A DNA stretch of 64,000 nt from Eledone cirrhosa (Eukaryota). The notes under the pieces are model-generated. The model searched no databases, was not told where the DNA came from, and saw only the letters and a list, made by a program, of their open reading frames with translations. The stretch spans positions 19,592,001-19,656,000 of the forward strand of contig OZ024751.1 in assembly GCA_964016885.1 (NCBI GenBank). Direction: 5' to 3'. How positions within the stretch are numbered: position 1 is the first letter of the stretch; the number at the start of each line of letters is the position of its first letter. Made by a program: the position numbers and the translations under genes. Positions 1-13,628 of this stretch are shown piece by piece.

Positions 1-24
1 ACATATATACATATATACACATAC

Positions 25-64
<40 letters not shown>

Positions 65-96
65 ACATATACATACATATATATATATACATATAC

Positions 97-161
<65 letters not shown>

Positions 162-186
162 CATACATATATATATATACATATAC

Positions 187-292
<106 letters not shown>

Positions 293-585
293 ACATATAT
301 ATATATATGTTATGACGGGAAGAAAAGGAGAAATAGGAAATTTGGAACAAATGTTATCTTTCAAAGTTAGTTGACAATATTTTTCTCTTTTACTCCGAGA
401 GAAAGGGGTTCTGTCTAAGACATTTTATCCCAGTTTCATGTGGAATTATTTGACAGATTCCAAGATTTGACACCCTATCAACCCCACCCTGGACAAGATG
501 CCAGTCGTTCGTGGCAGAATTAACCCTGGGCTGCAGCTTGTAATAGTACACATATATGTACACACACACACACACACACACACAC

Positions 586-627
<42 letters not shown>

Positions 628-959
628 CTTTCACCGTATTTTTAACTAAAGGAATTTTAGCTTGATAACGGGGTTTAGAACCCTCAGATAAATGGAAAAA
701 GATGAGTATTGACGTATATGGATATATATATATATACACACACAAAGCTATATTATTTGTAATTTCAGTTCATGTTTTTTTTTTCTCTTGAGAAAGTGGT
801 CCTTACACTCGAAATATAAGGTGAAACTATAAGCCATTGTTTTGTCTTACTTTACTCCCATTTTCACTCATTTGTTTTTAACTTGCATTGAACTGGCTTT
901 CCTGAAACAATTTTAACCATATGTTTCATATTTCAAACACTTTTCTATCGTAGTAACAA

Positions 960-2310
960 AAGGGTTAATTTGGTGTTTGAAATATTACTTAACAATGGGT
1001 CTTACATAAAATTATGATGAAAAGTTTTTAGAGAAATGTAGACACTTTAAAACGATTTTCTGTCATAGAAACAAGGGCGGTTTCAAACTATTATGAAAAT
1101 TGATAAGCAGGTGTTTGGAGCATAACGGAAGAAAAATTCTTACATAAAATTATAATGGAAAATTTTTATATAAATATAAATCACTTTAAAACAGTTTCTA
1201 TCATAAATCGGGGGCGGTTTTAGTTGTCTGTGTTCTTTTTTTTGTAACATAACAAAGTGTCTTGCGTATATTTATAATTGTATCTACGTTAGGCACAAGG
1301 CCAGCAATTACCCAGTGTATTCCTGGTACTTTATTTTATCGACCCCGTAAGGATGAAAGGCAAAGTTAACCTCGGCGGAACATTTTTTTAGATAAATATA
1401 AACATTTGAAAACAGTTTTCTATCATAGAACGGGGGGGGGGTGTCTAGTTGTTTCCAGTGCCGGATTTAGGACAAATGAGGCCCTGTGCTAGTCAAGTTA
1501 TGAGGCCCCTTAAATTTGAAAAAAAATGGTAAAAGATTTGAGCAGGAAGATTCCCCCCCCCCCCCTCCCTGGCTAACAAGACCCTGTGTTTAAGCACGCC
1601 TAAGCACAATGACAAATCCAGCATTGGTTGTTTCAGGTGGTTTGGTATGAAAATGGTTAAGCAGGTATTTGGAGCATAACTTAAGAAAGATTCTTACATA
1701 AGTTTTTTGATAAATATAAAATACAGTTTTCTACCATAGAACGAGGAGCAGTTTCTAGTTGTTTCAGGTGGTTTTGTATTAAAATGGTTAAGCAGGTGTT
1801 TAGAGGATAACATAAGGTTTCTTGCGTAAATTTATCATGAAACGTTTTTAGATAAATATAAACACTTTTAAGACAGCTTTCTATCGTAGAACCAGGGGCA
1901 ATTTCAGACAGTCTCGTATCGAAAGTGATAAGTAGATATTTGGAACATAACTTAAAGATTCTTATAAAAGTTTTTAGATAAATATAAATAAACATTTTCA
2001 AAACAGTTTTGTATTGTTTAACTAGGGGGCAATTTAGCACCGAAAGAGTTTGGATCATATCTTAAAGATTCTTACATAAAATTAAGATGGAAAGTTTTTA
2101 GATAAATATAAACACTTAAGACAGTTTTCTATCGTAGAACAACGGGGGTTTCAAACAGTTTGGTATCAAAAGTGATAAGCAGGTGTTTGGAACATAACTT
2201 AAGAAAGATTCTTACATAAGTTTTTAGATAAATATAAACACTTTTAAGACAGTTTTCAATGATAGACGCGATGGGTAGTTTCAGACAGTTTGGTATCAAA
2301 AGTGATAAGC
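960..2310. repeat. Degenerate minisatellite, ~110-140-bp units, interrupted by a SINE and a hAT MITE
   Basis: Recurring cttacataaa...ttttagataaatataaacactttt...ttctatc anchors at ~1001, 1139, 1260, 1692, 1821, 1960, 2071 and 2209. Confidence 0.8.
1456..1626. mobile_element. hAT-type MITE
   Basis: TIRs cagtgccggattt / aaatccagcattg with a perfect 8-bp TSD gttgtttc (1448-1455 and 1627-1634). Confidence 0.8.
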
Positions 2311-2524
2311 TATAGCTATTTGTATTTATACCATGCCAGTGCAGAAGATGTCTCGTTATATCGTATTCCATAGTGTTACTACTGTGTAGTTATGTAACAT
2401 ACATACGGTACTATATATAACTATATCCCACCCAGCCCGTTCTCGATCCGATGATGCTCGATGAAGTCTGTTTGTGTGTGTGTGTGTGTGTGTGGTGTAT
2501 GTATATGTGTATCTTTGTCCTGTG

Positions 2525-2555
<31 letters not shown>

Positions 2556-2705
2556 GTGTGTGGTGTGTGGTGTGTGGTGTGTGGTGTGTGTGTGTGTGTG
2601 TGGTGTGGTGTGGTGTCTACACACAGAGTGTCCCAAAAATGAATACACATTTATTAGAATGTTTTTGAAGTGTTTATACATTTTGGGGGACACCCTGTAT
2701 GTATG

Positions 2706-2752
<47 letters not shown>

Positions 2753-3748
2753 AGGAGAATACACAACCAAATTCTTGAAAAAATATTTATTGATTTACAA
2801 TTGTTTCAAGGGTCAGACTATAGTTCGATTGGTTTGTACACTTACTTTGATTATATATATATATATAATATATATATAAGAGAGAGAGAGAGAGAGAGAG
2901 ATAAGAAAGTGTACGTCTACGTACTATTACGTATATGCGCGTGGTTGAGTCTCTATGTTTATGTTCTGGATATTTATTTATATATTTTTTCTCCTATTTC
3001 CTTTTTGCCCGTTTTTTTCAGCCTCACTTTCATATTTCCTAAATTTTGCTTTCAAATCCATATTTAATAAAAACACCATGTTATTTATTCATTCTGACGA
3101 CAGACATAACATCTGCCTTCAAGAAACCACTGGTAAATGAAATAATTATCTTATGTTGTTTATTACATAACTAATAAGCTCTGTAGGCTACATAGAGCAC
3201 TCTTTTTTTTCCTATACCTTTCCGACGGAAATACTTCATTTATATATATATACATACATACATACATGTGTGTGTATAACTACACAACATACGTATATCT
3301 ATGGTATACTATGTGATTACTATATATTTACTATATATGTATGTACTAACAAGCAATGATCTACATATCTATCTCTTTATCTGTCTACCCACACCCATAC
3401 ATACACACACAAAATATGCACACCTCATAAGGTCCCCAGTTGTCAAATCTAGTGTCAGTCCTGATCAATCAAATGCGCTCCAATAGTGACCATCCTATCT
3501 TTTTAAAATAGTATCCAGAACCCTGTCATTAATGTGTCATAATACCCCTTCTCATATGGTGTGGTTTGAGAAAGGTGTGGGTGCTATTTCTAGCAAATCA
3601 AGTAAGCATGTCAAGCCATGGTGTGTGTGCGTCAGCCGTCGGGGTCCTGACTATTTCCCTATTACCCACTCTACTACCCTAAGCATCGAGTACTCTCGTG
3701 CGTTATGGTCCACCTGGTATCTTACCACACCTTCTTTGTTATACACAC

Positions 3749-3781
<33 letters not shown>

Positions 3782-4078
3782 TCATCATTCAGGGTACGTA
3801 TATTCAGAAAGAAAAAAAAACAAATAACCAGTAATTCACGTGGGTTCATTTATATTGAAATGTGTGAACAAGCTATATATATACCAATGACAAACTATGA
3901 CACATCTTCCCATTTGTATAACCGAGTACTTTTGAAACGATATAAGGCCATATACTGTATTTTGATGGAAGTCTGTGTGGTGTGTGGTGTGGTGTGGTGT
4001 GGTGTGGTGTGGTGTGGTGTGGTGTGGTGTGGTGTGGTGTGGTGTGTGTGCCAGCCTGTGTGTCAGCCTGTGTGTCAG

Positions 4079-4162
<84 letters not shown>

Positions 4163-4454
4163 TGTCACTGGTACCCTCATTTCTGACGGAAACCCCGGTA
4201 CACACACACACACCCTCACACAGACACCCACCCACACAGATACACACACCTTATTTGATAAATTATATATTTGTAAACACGGCGGAACCGAGATAAAGTA
4301 TCTTAACCGAGATAAAGTATGTTAACCGAGGTAAATTTATGTTAAATATAAACAAACGAAAGAAAAAAAAAAAAAAAGGTCCGCCAGGAATTGGTTTCGT
4401 TTCCCAGTCAAAACAATTTCTCTTCATTTTCGAAGTTGAAATATAATTTAGCGA

Positions 4455-5395
4455 TGGATTGGCAGAATCCGTAGAGCGTCGGACAAAATGCGTCAATGTA
4501 TTTAGTTACAACGTTCTCGGTTCTGTGTTCAAATCTTGAAAAGATCGATAAAAGTTAAGTACTGGTTCGATTTAATCGACTTTTCCTTCTCTCCCCACCT
4601 TGCAAAAAAAAAAATTGTTGGCTCTGGGCCTAGATTAGAAACCATTGTTACTGGTTTGGCAGACTCGGTAGAGCGTCAGACACCATGCTTTGTAGTATAG
4701 AGGTACGGCCCTTTAAGGTCTGAGTTCAAATCCCGCCGAGGTTGACTTTGCCTTTCATCCTTACGGGGTCGATAAAATAAAGTACCAGTAATGCACTGGG
4801 TAATTGCTGGCCTTGTGCCAAATGTAGAAACAATTATTACTATTGTAAAGGGCGATGGGGTGATAATATCGGTAGAGCGCCGGATAACATGCTTTGCGAT
4901 ATATTGTTACGACCCTTTACGTTCATTATCACTATCGATAAATTGGCAGAATCGGTAGAGCGTTGGAAAACATACTTTGTGACATATAGTTACAGCCCTA
5001 TACGTTCTCAGTTCAAATCCCGTTGAGGTTAGTTATGCCTTTAATCCTTACGGGATCGATAAAATAAAGTACCAGTAATTCACTGGGGGAGGGAGGGGTG
5101 ATTTAATCAGCTTTCCCCACCCCTTCAAATTGCTGGGCCTTGTTCCTAAAGTAGAAATCCTTATTACTATCGTAAGGGGGCGATGGATTGGCAGAATCAG
5201 TAGAGCGTTGGATAACACGGTTTGTGGCATAGAGTTACAGCTCTTTACGTTCTCAGTTCAAACCCCGTTGGGGTTAGTTATGCGTTTCATCCTTACAAGG
5301 TCGATAAAATAAAGTACCAGTCATGCACTGAGGTGGTTTAATCGACTTTTCCCTTGCCCAAAATTGTTGGCCTTGTGCCAAAAACTAGAAACCTT
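4455..5395 (+). mobile_element. Head-to-tail cluster of tRNA-derived SINEs (dominant family, >25 copies or fragments in the window)
   Basis: A-box-like tggcagaatcggtagagcg, B-box gagttcaaatccc, body gcctttcatccttacggggtcgataaaataaagtaccag (resembles the Meta-type SINE central domain, from memory), tail ggccttgtgccaaaagtagaaac. Other copies at ~1290-1380, 7068-7192, 7627-7720, 21385-21545, 24585-24866, 28800-28985, 38810-39165, 48515-48605, 49235-49900, 57355-57690 and 59370-59905. Confidence 0.85.
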
Positions 5396-6274
5396 TATTA
5401 CTATCGTAAATATATTAAGACCATATGGCAGTAATCAAATTTTTCACTGCGTAAAAATAAAAAAAACTTATTTAAATGAATTTTCACACAGGACCTCCCA
5501 ATCTCCAGACTTTTGTCAGTTAACTCGAGGAGAGTGGATACAAACTATCATGTTTAGTATCATTTAACTGCTATGACATGGTATAATAGTTGATTTGGTG
5601 GTGGCTTCTGGGGAAAATGTTTGTTGTTGAGTTGATAGATTTCTGGATTTTTAAAGGGTCAGTCCGCCTCGTCATCCTGGCATACGATCTTAGCTTCTGG
5701 TGGAAAAGTAAGAGAACCGTAGTGACATACGTCCTGCTGCGGGTATTTATTTAAACCAGGTAGAGCCCATCTTTTTCCCAGGTTTGAACTCTCACACACA
5801 GACAGACTCCCCTACAATGCATTGTTACAGCAGTAACTAACCATAGGACCACATATATATACACACATATATATATATATATATGTATACACACACACAT
5901 AGATACACACATATATATAAAAACAAGAAGAATGACTTCACTGATTGTTGGTGTTCTTTTAATAGTTCAAAGCTTTACAAATAAGTCGTTATTAATACAA
6001 TAACAACTTACGGTAAAGATTTGAACTATTAAACAATACCAACAACCAGTGAAGTCATTCTTTTCTTTTTTCAAATATATCTTACAGTATCAAGGAATTT
6101 CTTTAATTTTCCAATATATATATATATATATAAAGAATGGCGTGCTGCGTTGATGCGAACATGAATATATGAATAAAAATAGACGTCTCTTTTTATTTAT
6201 TTATATATATATATCCCGTTAAGGGTGAAAGCAGCGATTCTTTGCTTAAACTTTAATCTGTTATGTTTATATAA

Positions 6275-6306
<32 letters not shown>

Positions 6307-7849
6307 TTATATAAACATAAGAGGCGGGGGAAGCTTGTTTGTTTGGGGTTCCGAGCTGAAAAAATTTATCGAAGCTCCTTGCGTATTATTTATAATAACA
6401 AAAGGATTAATCTAGGGTCCCTTGTCTACACCCCAGTCTATCTCTACCCCTATATAAATTCACCGCTGATTAACACACACACACACACGAGTTGGCGAGG
6501 TAACCCTAACTATATCCACGCGTATATTACTGTATATTACGCAATAAATCCGGTGGTTCATATTAGGACTAGGTTTTTTTTTTTACTCACGAATAGGTGC
6601 GTGTACATATTCAAGAAGCTGATGGACCCTTTCATATACTAACTCTAGTTAGCGAACGAGCCCCTCCTCTCCCTAACAACAAGTCTAAGAACCACAAGCT
6701 AAGAACCACAGCTAAAAAAAAAAAAAAAAAAAAATGTTTAAAACCATATTGTTTACATTTTTCACTTACTAAACGTTACGTTTATTAAACGATAAAGTTT
6801 TCAAATTATCGCCGTTATCATTGTGTCGGTGTTTCCTGCGGTGTCCCTGGTACACCCTCAAGTCTCGCCACACCCACCATTGAGGAATTTTTGTTTTGTT
6901 TTATATATTTTTTAGTTGTGGAGGGTTTTTTTTCTTCTGTTGTTACCCTTTTAACACGACAAAATAAAAATTAAAAAAAAAACATTCTATCGTCATATGC
7001 TGTCCTTTGCTATCTTCAATGTTTTCTATTCGTAAACCCTTTGTGGTTAATAAACAAGCCATTATCATTAGCTTTACCTTTCGTCCTTACAGGGTCGATA
7101 AAATAAAGTACCAGTAATACACTGGGGGTCGATTTAATCGACTTTCCCCACTCTCCCAAAATTGCTGACCTTGTGCCTATAGTAGAAACAATTTGATAGA
7201 ACTTAAAATATGTATAAAATTATATTATTTCAGGTTTCACCAAATTTTAGTCAGTCTCTTGTATAACGTATTTTTGCCCCTACCCTCGTTCCATATAACT
7301 TTGTCCAACCCTCTCGTGTATTGTAACACCATGGTTGTTTATAATATTCATTAAACTATTTGTATAAGTCCCTATATTTTTATGTAACTTTATTTGTCCA
7401 GCCCTACTCCTACATATATTGAAACCCCTATGTTTATATTTACTGTATTATATATATATATATATATATAGATATATATATATATATATTATATATATAT
7501 AGATATATATAGATATATAAAAAGATTCAGGACGCCGACGGATGAGCTCCGGCCGTTTCGACAGCTAGAGAGAGAAAGGCGACTATATTTTTATATAACT
7601 TTGTCCAGCCTCCTCATGTATTGGAACCAAGGTCAGCAATTATCCCAGTGTATTACTGGTACTTTATTTTATCGGCCCCGTAAGGATGAAAGGCAAAGTT
7701 AACCTCCGCAGGATTTGAATGTTTACTGTATTGTCTACATAAGCTACTATATATATATATTATATATATATTTAATACATAACTTTCTATGCCCCCCACC
7801 CTCATATATAGTAACCCCTATGTATATATATTAATTTATTTTATATTAT

Positions 7850-7890
<41 letters not shown>

Positions 7891-8349
7891 CAAATGCGAC
7901 CGATAAAGAAACAGTTATTATTTATAGTAATAGTAGTTGTAGTAATAGTAGTAGTAGTTACTTCTAATAGCAATTTTACAATACTATTAGTATTAGTAAT
8001 AGTAGCATTAGTATCAGCTGTATTTAATAGCTGTGAATATATCGGTCACTTACCTTTGTAAACGGTAAAATAAACTTCCCCTGGTGTGGATGTTAATTTT
8101 CGCCCCACCCCCCTCTTCGTAAACGTATCACCTGGATTGGAGTTATAAACCACTGCCATCCGAAGTGAGCAACGAAATCTATCTAACTACCGTATCTATA
8201 TATGTGTGTGTGTATGTATGTATGTATGTATTTTATATTATATACAGCAGTCACATATATATATATATATATACACACACAAGTTCACGTTCCGCCACAC
8301 TGAACACACACACACATACATACACACATACATACATATATACATATAT

Positions 8350-9040
8350 ACTATACCAACAGCTCCACTACTAGCAACTGCTACGACCAACAGCAACAGT
8401 AACAGCACTAGTCACCGTCGCCACCAACAGCTAATACTACTATACTACCATCACCACCACCACCATCACGTCCGCTATCGGCACAACCACCACCACCACC
8501 TAAAGCAAAAATACTACCACCACCACCATCACCAACACGTCCTCTATCGGCACAACCACAACCACCACCACCACCACCTAAAGCAAAAATATTACCACCA
8601 CCACCACCACTACCATCACCACCATCGATATTTCTACCACTATCATCGCCGCCACCATCGCTACCTCAACAACATTAATACCACCACCGACACTTCCACC
8701 ACTACGAACAAGAACACTAATAACAACAACAACACCACCACCACCGCCGCCGCCACCGCCACCACCACCACCACCAACAACAGCAACATGATCACCACTA
8801 ACTACAACTACAACAACAGTACCACCACCGTCACCGCCATCACCACCACCACCACCACCACCACTACGAACAAGAACACTAACAACAACACTACCACCAC
8901 CACCACCACCACCGCCACCGCCACCGCCGCCACCAACAACAACAACAACATCAACAGGATCAGCACTAAGAACAACAACAACAACAACAGTACCATCATC
9001 ACCACCACCACCATCACCACCACCACCACCACCATTACTA
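8350..9040. repeat. Triplet low-complexity tract (CAC/CAA); similar tracts at ~24890-25770 (GGT) and ~32300-32930
   Basis: Direct reading. Large (GT)n-based tracts also at ~23210-24400 and ~30870-31600. Confidence 0.9.
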
Positions 9041-9249
9041 CCCCGAATACGCAACATTATGTACAACAACATTACACTCGTATCCGTTACAATAGTATAT
9101 CTCTCTCTCTCTCTCTCCCTCCCTCTCTCTCACCCTGTCCCTCTCTCTCTCCATGCTGCCTACCCACCATCTCATGTTTTCTCTTTCTTTCTCTCCATTC
9201 GCTCTATTACAAACATACAGAAGTCATTTCTATATGAAACACATTATAT

Positions 9250-10278
9250 TTGACTTTGCCTTTCATCCTTACAGGGTCGATAAAATAAAGTACCAGTAAT
9301 GCACTGGGTAATTGCTGGCCTTGTGCCTAAAGTAGAAACAATTATATATATTTTGGCACAAGGCCAGCAATTACCCAGTGCATTACTGGTACTTTATTTT
9401 ATCGACCCCGTAAGGATGAAAGGCAAAGTTAACTTCGGCGGGATTTGAACTCAGATCAAATCCCGTAAAGTTCAAATCCCGCCGAGGTTAACTTTGCCTT
9501 TCATCCTTACGGGGGTCGATAAAATAAAGTACCAGTAATGTACTGGGTAATTGCTGGCCTTGTGCCTAAAGTAGAAACACATTATATATATATTTTCTCT
9601 ACAAATGTATTGAGTGCTATATTTAACTGTGGGTCTCTTGTTCGATAATCTACCGATTCTGCGAATCCATAACAAGGGTTTCTGATTTAGGCACAAGGCC
9701 AACAATTTTAGTGGGGAGGGAAAGTCGATCAAATCAACCCCCAGGACATTACTGGTACTTTATTTTATAAAAGTAAAGCTAACCTCGGTGGGATTTGAAC
9801 TCAGAAGGTAAAGAGTCGTAACTCTATGCTGCAAAACATTTCGTCCGACTCATGAACTACTCTCTCTCTCTCTCTCTCTCTCTCTGTATATATATATATA
9901 TGTGTGTGAGAGAGAGGGGGGTAGGGAGAGAGACATGAAGAGATAGACAGAGAGACAGACAGAGAGAGAGAGAGATGGGGTAGAGAGAGACAGACAGGCA
10001 GACATGAAGAGGGAGAGTGAGAGAGGGTAGAGAGAGACAGACAGGCAGACATGAAGAGGGAGAGACAGATTGATAGACATGAAGAGAGAGATAGAGAAAG
10101 AGAGAGAGAGAGAGGGGGGGAGACAGATTGACAGACATGAAGAGCGGAAGAGACAGACATGAAGAGAGAGAGAGAGAGCGAGAGACAGACATGAAGAGAG
10201 AGAGGGAGAGAGACAGAGACAGAGAGAGAGCGAGAGACAGACATGGAGAGCGAAAGAGATATATAGAGACAGGAATGA

Positions 10279-10318
<40 letters not shown>

Positions 10319-11010
10319 TGTAAATGTGTGACACAGACTTACATCACATTTCTATTGACGAGAAAGTTCGATGTATTACGACCACGCCTCTCTTTACTGA
10401 ACTCTTTACGTACAAGTTTGTCTCTGGTGAATTGGCAGTATCGCTAGAGGGCTGGACACCACGCTTTCTGGCATAGTTACCTCCCTTTACGGTCTGAGTT
10501 CAAATCCCGCCGAGGTTAACTTTGCCTTTCATCCTTACGGGGTCGATAAAATAAAGTACCAGTAATACACTGGGTTAATTGCTGGCCTTGTACCAAAAGT
10601 AGAAACAGTTATTTTATATGGCAAAGTTTCTACTTTTGGCGGCACAAGGCCAACAATTAGCCCAGTGCATTACTGGTACTTTTATTTTATCGACCCCGTA
10701 AGGATGAAAGGCAAAGTTAACCTCGGCGGGATTTGAACTCAGATCGTAAACGGCCTTAACTCTATGCTGCAAAGCATGGTACCTGACGCTCTACCGATAC
10801 TGCCAACCCACAACCCAAGGGCAGTCGGCTGGCAGTATCGGTAGAGGATCGGACGCCATGCTTAGCAGCATAGAGTTACGGCCCTTTACGGTCTGGGTTT
10901 AAATCCCGCCGAGGTTAACTTTGCCTTTCATCCTTACGGGAGTCGATAAAATAAAGTACCAGTAATACACTGGGGTAATTGCTGGCCTTGTGCCGAAAGT
11001 AGAAACAATT
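9250..11010. mobile_element. Alternately oriented copies of the dominant SINE
   Basis: + ~9250-9342, - ~9352-9455, + ~9471-9578, - ~9677-9850; then + ~10430-10612, - ~10625-10808, + ~10825-11010. Confidence 0.85.
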
Positions 11011-11554
11011 ATTTTATATGGTAAAAAAAAACACCTCTAAACTTTATCCTACAATTGATAATGACCATGTTCTATCTGTCTTTCTCTAAGCCCCTCTCTA
11101 TCTCTTCTCTATCTCTCTAACCCCCTTCTCACTCTCACTCTCCCTCCCCCCTTCTCACTCTCCCCCCCCCCCTTCTCTCTCTCTTTCTCTCTCTTTATTC
11201 TCCAATTAAGATGTAAAGTTATTTATTTGAAAAATAACACCCAAGAAAAATATTCATCTTTGACAGTAATTAGATAGGTTCACAAACGCTCCGAAGCTCT
11301 TCTATATACATGTGTGTGTGAGAGAGAGTGTGTGTGGGGGTCTGTGAGAGAGAGAAAGAGAGAGAGTGTGTGTGTGTGTATGTGGGGGTGGGTGAGAGAG
11401 AGAAAGAGAGTGTGTGTGTCTGAGATATATATATATATATATTTGGCTCCCTCGGTTGAGGACTCTGTTGACTTATATTCATCATGCAGAAACATCTGAA
11501 TATTTCTACAAACAACATACCCGTACGTTTTTCGAAATATTTACTTCTGTGTTC

Positions 11555-11632
11555 ACAGATTGATTTTTTTTTAGTTTCAGAAGATCCCGTTAAGGGTGAA
11601 AGCAGCGATTCTTTGCTTAAACTTTAATCTGT
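11555..11632 (+). ncRNA. Degenerate type-I hammerhead motif (core CAGAAGA); 5'-truncated second copy at 6213-6263
   Basis: agttt-CAGAAGA-tccc(gttaa)gggt-GAAA-gca(gcgattctt)tgc-T-T-aaact; stem I extends via acagatt/aatctgt. One core substitution. Confidence 0.6.
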
Positions 11633-11643
11633 TATTTTAATAA

Positions 11644-11700
<57 letters not shown>

Positions 11701-11940
11701 CTATTAAGTTAAAGTTAAAGTTAAGTTAAAGATGTACATCCATATATGTATACTGAAATACTAGTATGTATATGAATACACACACGTATACATATGTAGA
11801 TGTACCAAGTTTTTTCACTGGTCACTTTACTGTGAGTGGCCAGCTATTCTGTATGTAAACACACAGACAAACCGGTTTTTAGAGTCATACTGGTTTTTGA
11901 GGAAACACCTTTCCTCTATTCTCCAGAAAGCCAGACAAGG

Positions 11941-11985
11941 AATATTGAACTAGTTTCGTTGTTGTTACAACTCATCAGCAATATT
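11941..11985 (-). ncRNA. Hammerhead ribozyme motif, inverted copy
   Basis: Reverse complement of 12184-12228. Confidence 0.8.
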
Positions 11986-12183
11986 TACCTATCTTCCGGC
12001 CTCTCTAGAGAATCGTAAAAGCACATATCGTTATATGCTTTTTCTATGAAAATTAGTAGTGGGCAGACTAATTTGCATAGAGTGTGAGTAAGTACCGGTT
12101 CAACGGAGACGATAAATTTTCATAGAAAAAGCATATAACGATATGTGCTTTTACGATTCTCTAGAGAGGCCGGAAGATAGGTA

Positions 12184-12228
12184 AATATTGCTGATGAGTT
12201 GTAACAACAACGAAACTAGTTCAATATT
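12184..12228 (+). ncRNA. Minimal type-I hammerhead ribozyme motif (identical copies at 12651-12695 and 13118-13162)
   Basis: aatattg-CTGATGA-gttgt(aaca)acaac-GAAA-ctag-T-T-caatatt: 7-bp stem I, intact core, 5-bp stem II, palindromic stem III ACTAGT, GUU cleavage triplet. Confidence 0.85.
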
Positions 12229-13548
12229 CCTTGTCTGGCTTTCTGGAGAATAGAGGAAAGGTGTTTCCTCAAAAACCAGTATGACTCTAAAAACCGGTTT
12301 GTCTGTGTGTTTACATACAGAATAGCTGGCCACTCACAGTAAAGTGACCAGTGAAAAAACTTGGTACATCTACATATGTATACGTGTGTGTATTCATATA
12401 CATACTAGTATTTCAGTATACATATATGGATGTACATCTTTAACTTAATTGTTTAAGCGTCAGTCATACAAAAGTGAGTTACAAACGAAACGAAATTTAA
12501 TTTCGTTTCGTTATTTGTTTTTATCGTCTCCGTTGAACCGGTACTTACTCACACTCTATGCAAATTAGTCTGCCCACTACTAATTTTCATAGAAAAAGCA
12601 TATAACGATATGTGCTTTTACGATTCTCTAGAGAGGCCGGAAGATAGGTAAATATTGCTGATGAGTTGTAACAACAACGAAACTAGTTCAATATTCCTTG
12701 TCTGGCTTTCTGGAGAATAGAGGAAAGGTGTTTCCTCAAAAACCAGTATGACTCTAAAAACCGGTTTGTCTGTGTGTTTACATACAGAATAGCTGGCCAC
12801 TCACAGTAAAGTGACCAGTGAAAAAACTTGGTACATCTACATATGTATACGTGTGTGTATTCATATACATACTAGTATTTCAGTATACATATATGGATGT
12901 ACATCTTTAACTTAATTGTTTAAGCGTCAGTCATACAAAAGTGAGTTACAAACGAAACGAAATTTAATTTCGTTTCGTTATTTGTTTTTATCGTCTCCGT
13001 TGAACCGGTACTTACTCACACTCTATGCAAATTAGTCTGCCCACTACTAATTTTCATAGAAAAAGCATATAACGATATGTGCTTTTACGATTCTCTAGAG
13101 AGGCCGGAAGATAGGTAAATATTGCTGATGAGTTGTAACAACAACGAAACTAGTTCAATATTCCTTGTCTGGCTTTCTGGAGAATAGAGGAAAGGTGTTT
13201 CCTCAAAAACCAGTATGACTCTAAAAACCGGTTTGTCTGTGTGTTTACATACAGAATAGCTGGCCACTCACAGTAAAGTGACCAGTGAAAAAACTTGGTA
13301 CATCTACATATGTATACGTGTGTGTATTCATATACATACTAGTATTTCAGTATACATATATGGATGTACATCTTTAACTTAATTGTTTAAGCGTCAGTCA
13401 TACAAAAGTGAGTTACAAACGAAACGAAATTTAATTTCGTTTCGTTATTTGTTTTTATATATATACTCTTTTACTCTTTTACTCTTTTACCTGTTCCAGA
13501 CAACCGACTGAGGCCATGCTGGGGCACCGCCCTTGAAAATAAGGAAGG

Positions 13549-13598
<50 letters not shown>

Positions 13599-13628
13599 TT
13601 ACACACACACATACATATATATATATAC

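Larger units (their letters stand above)
11721..13458. mobile_element. Hammerhead-bearing 467-bp tandem array with inverted (fold-back) copy; putative non-LTR retrozyme or non-autonomous PLE derivative
   Basis: Plus-oriented units with 467-bp period (partial 12115-12520, then ~12521-12987 and ~12988-13458). 11721-12116 is the reverse complement of the same unit. Each unit has one HHR motif. (TA)n lies on both sides. Confidence 0.85.

Noticed and set aside
4655-4740. tRNA-like A/B boxes (here and at ~21150-21215 and ~30050-30120)
   Set aside because: These are SINE heads continuing into SINE bodies; I found no intact cloverleaf.
8206-9237. 343-aa His/Thr/Asn-rich ORF
   Set aside because: Translation of CAC/CAA triplet and TA/CA microsatellites; no domain or credible start.
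11836-13267. Four identical 60-aa ORFs (MASYSVCKHTDKP...)
   Set aside because: They start with GTG, run antisense to the hammerhead strand, have no recognisable domain and simply reflect the 467-bp repeat.
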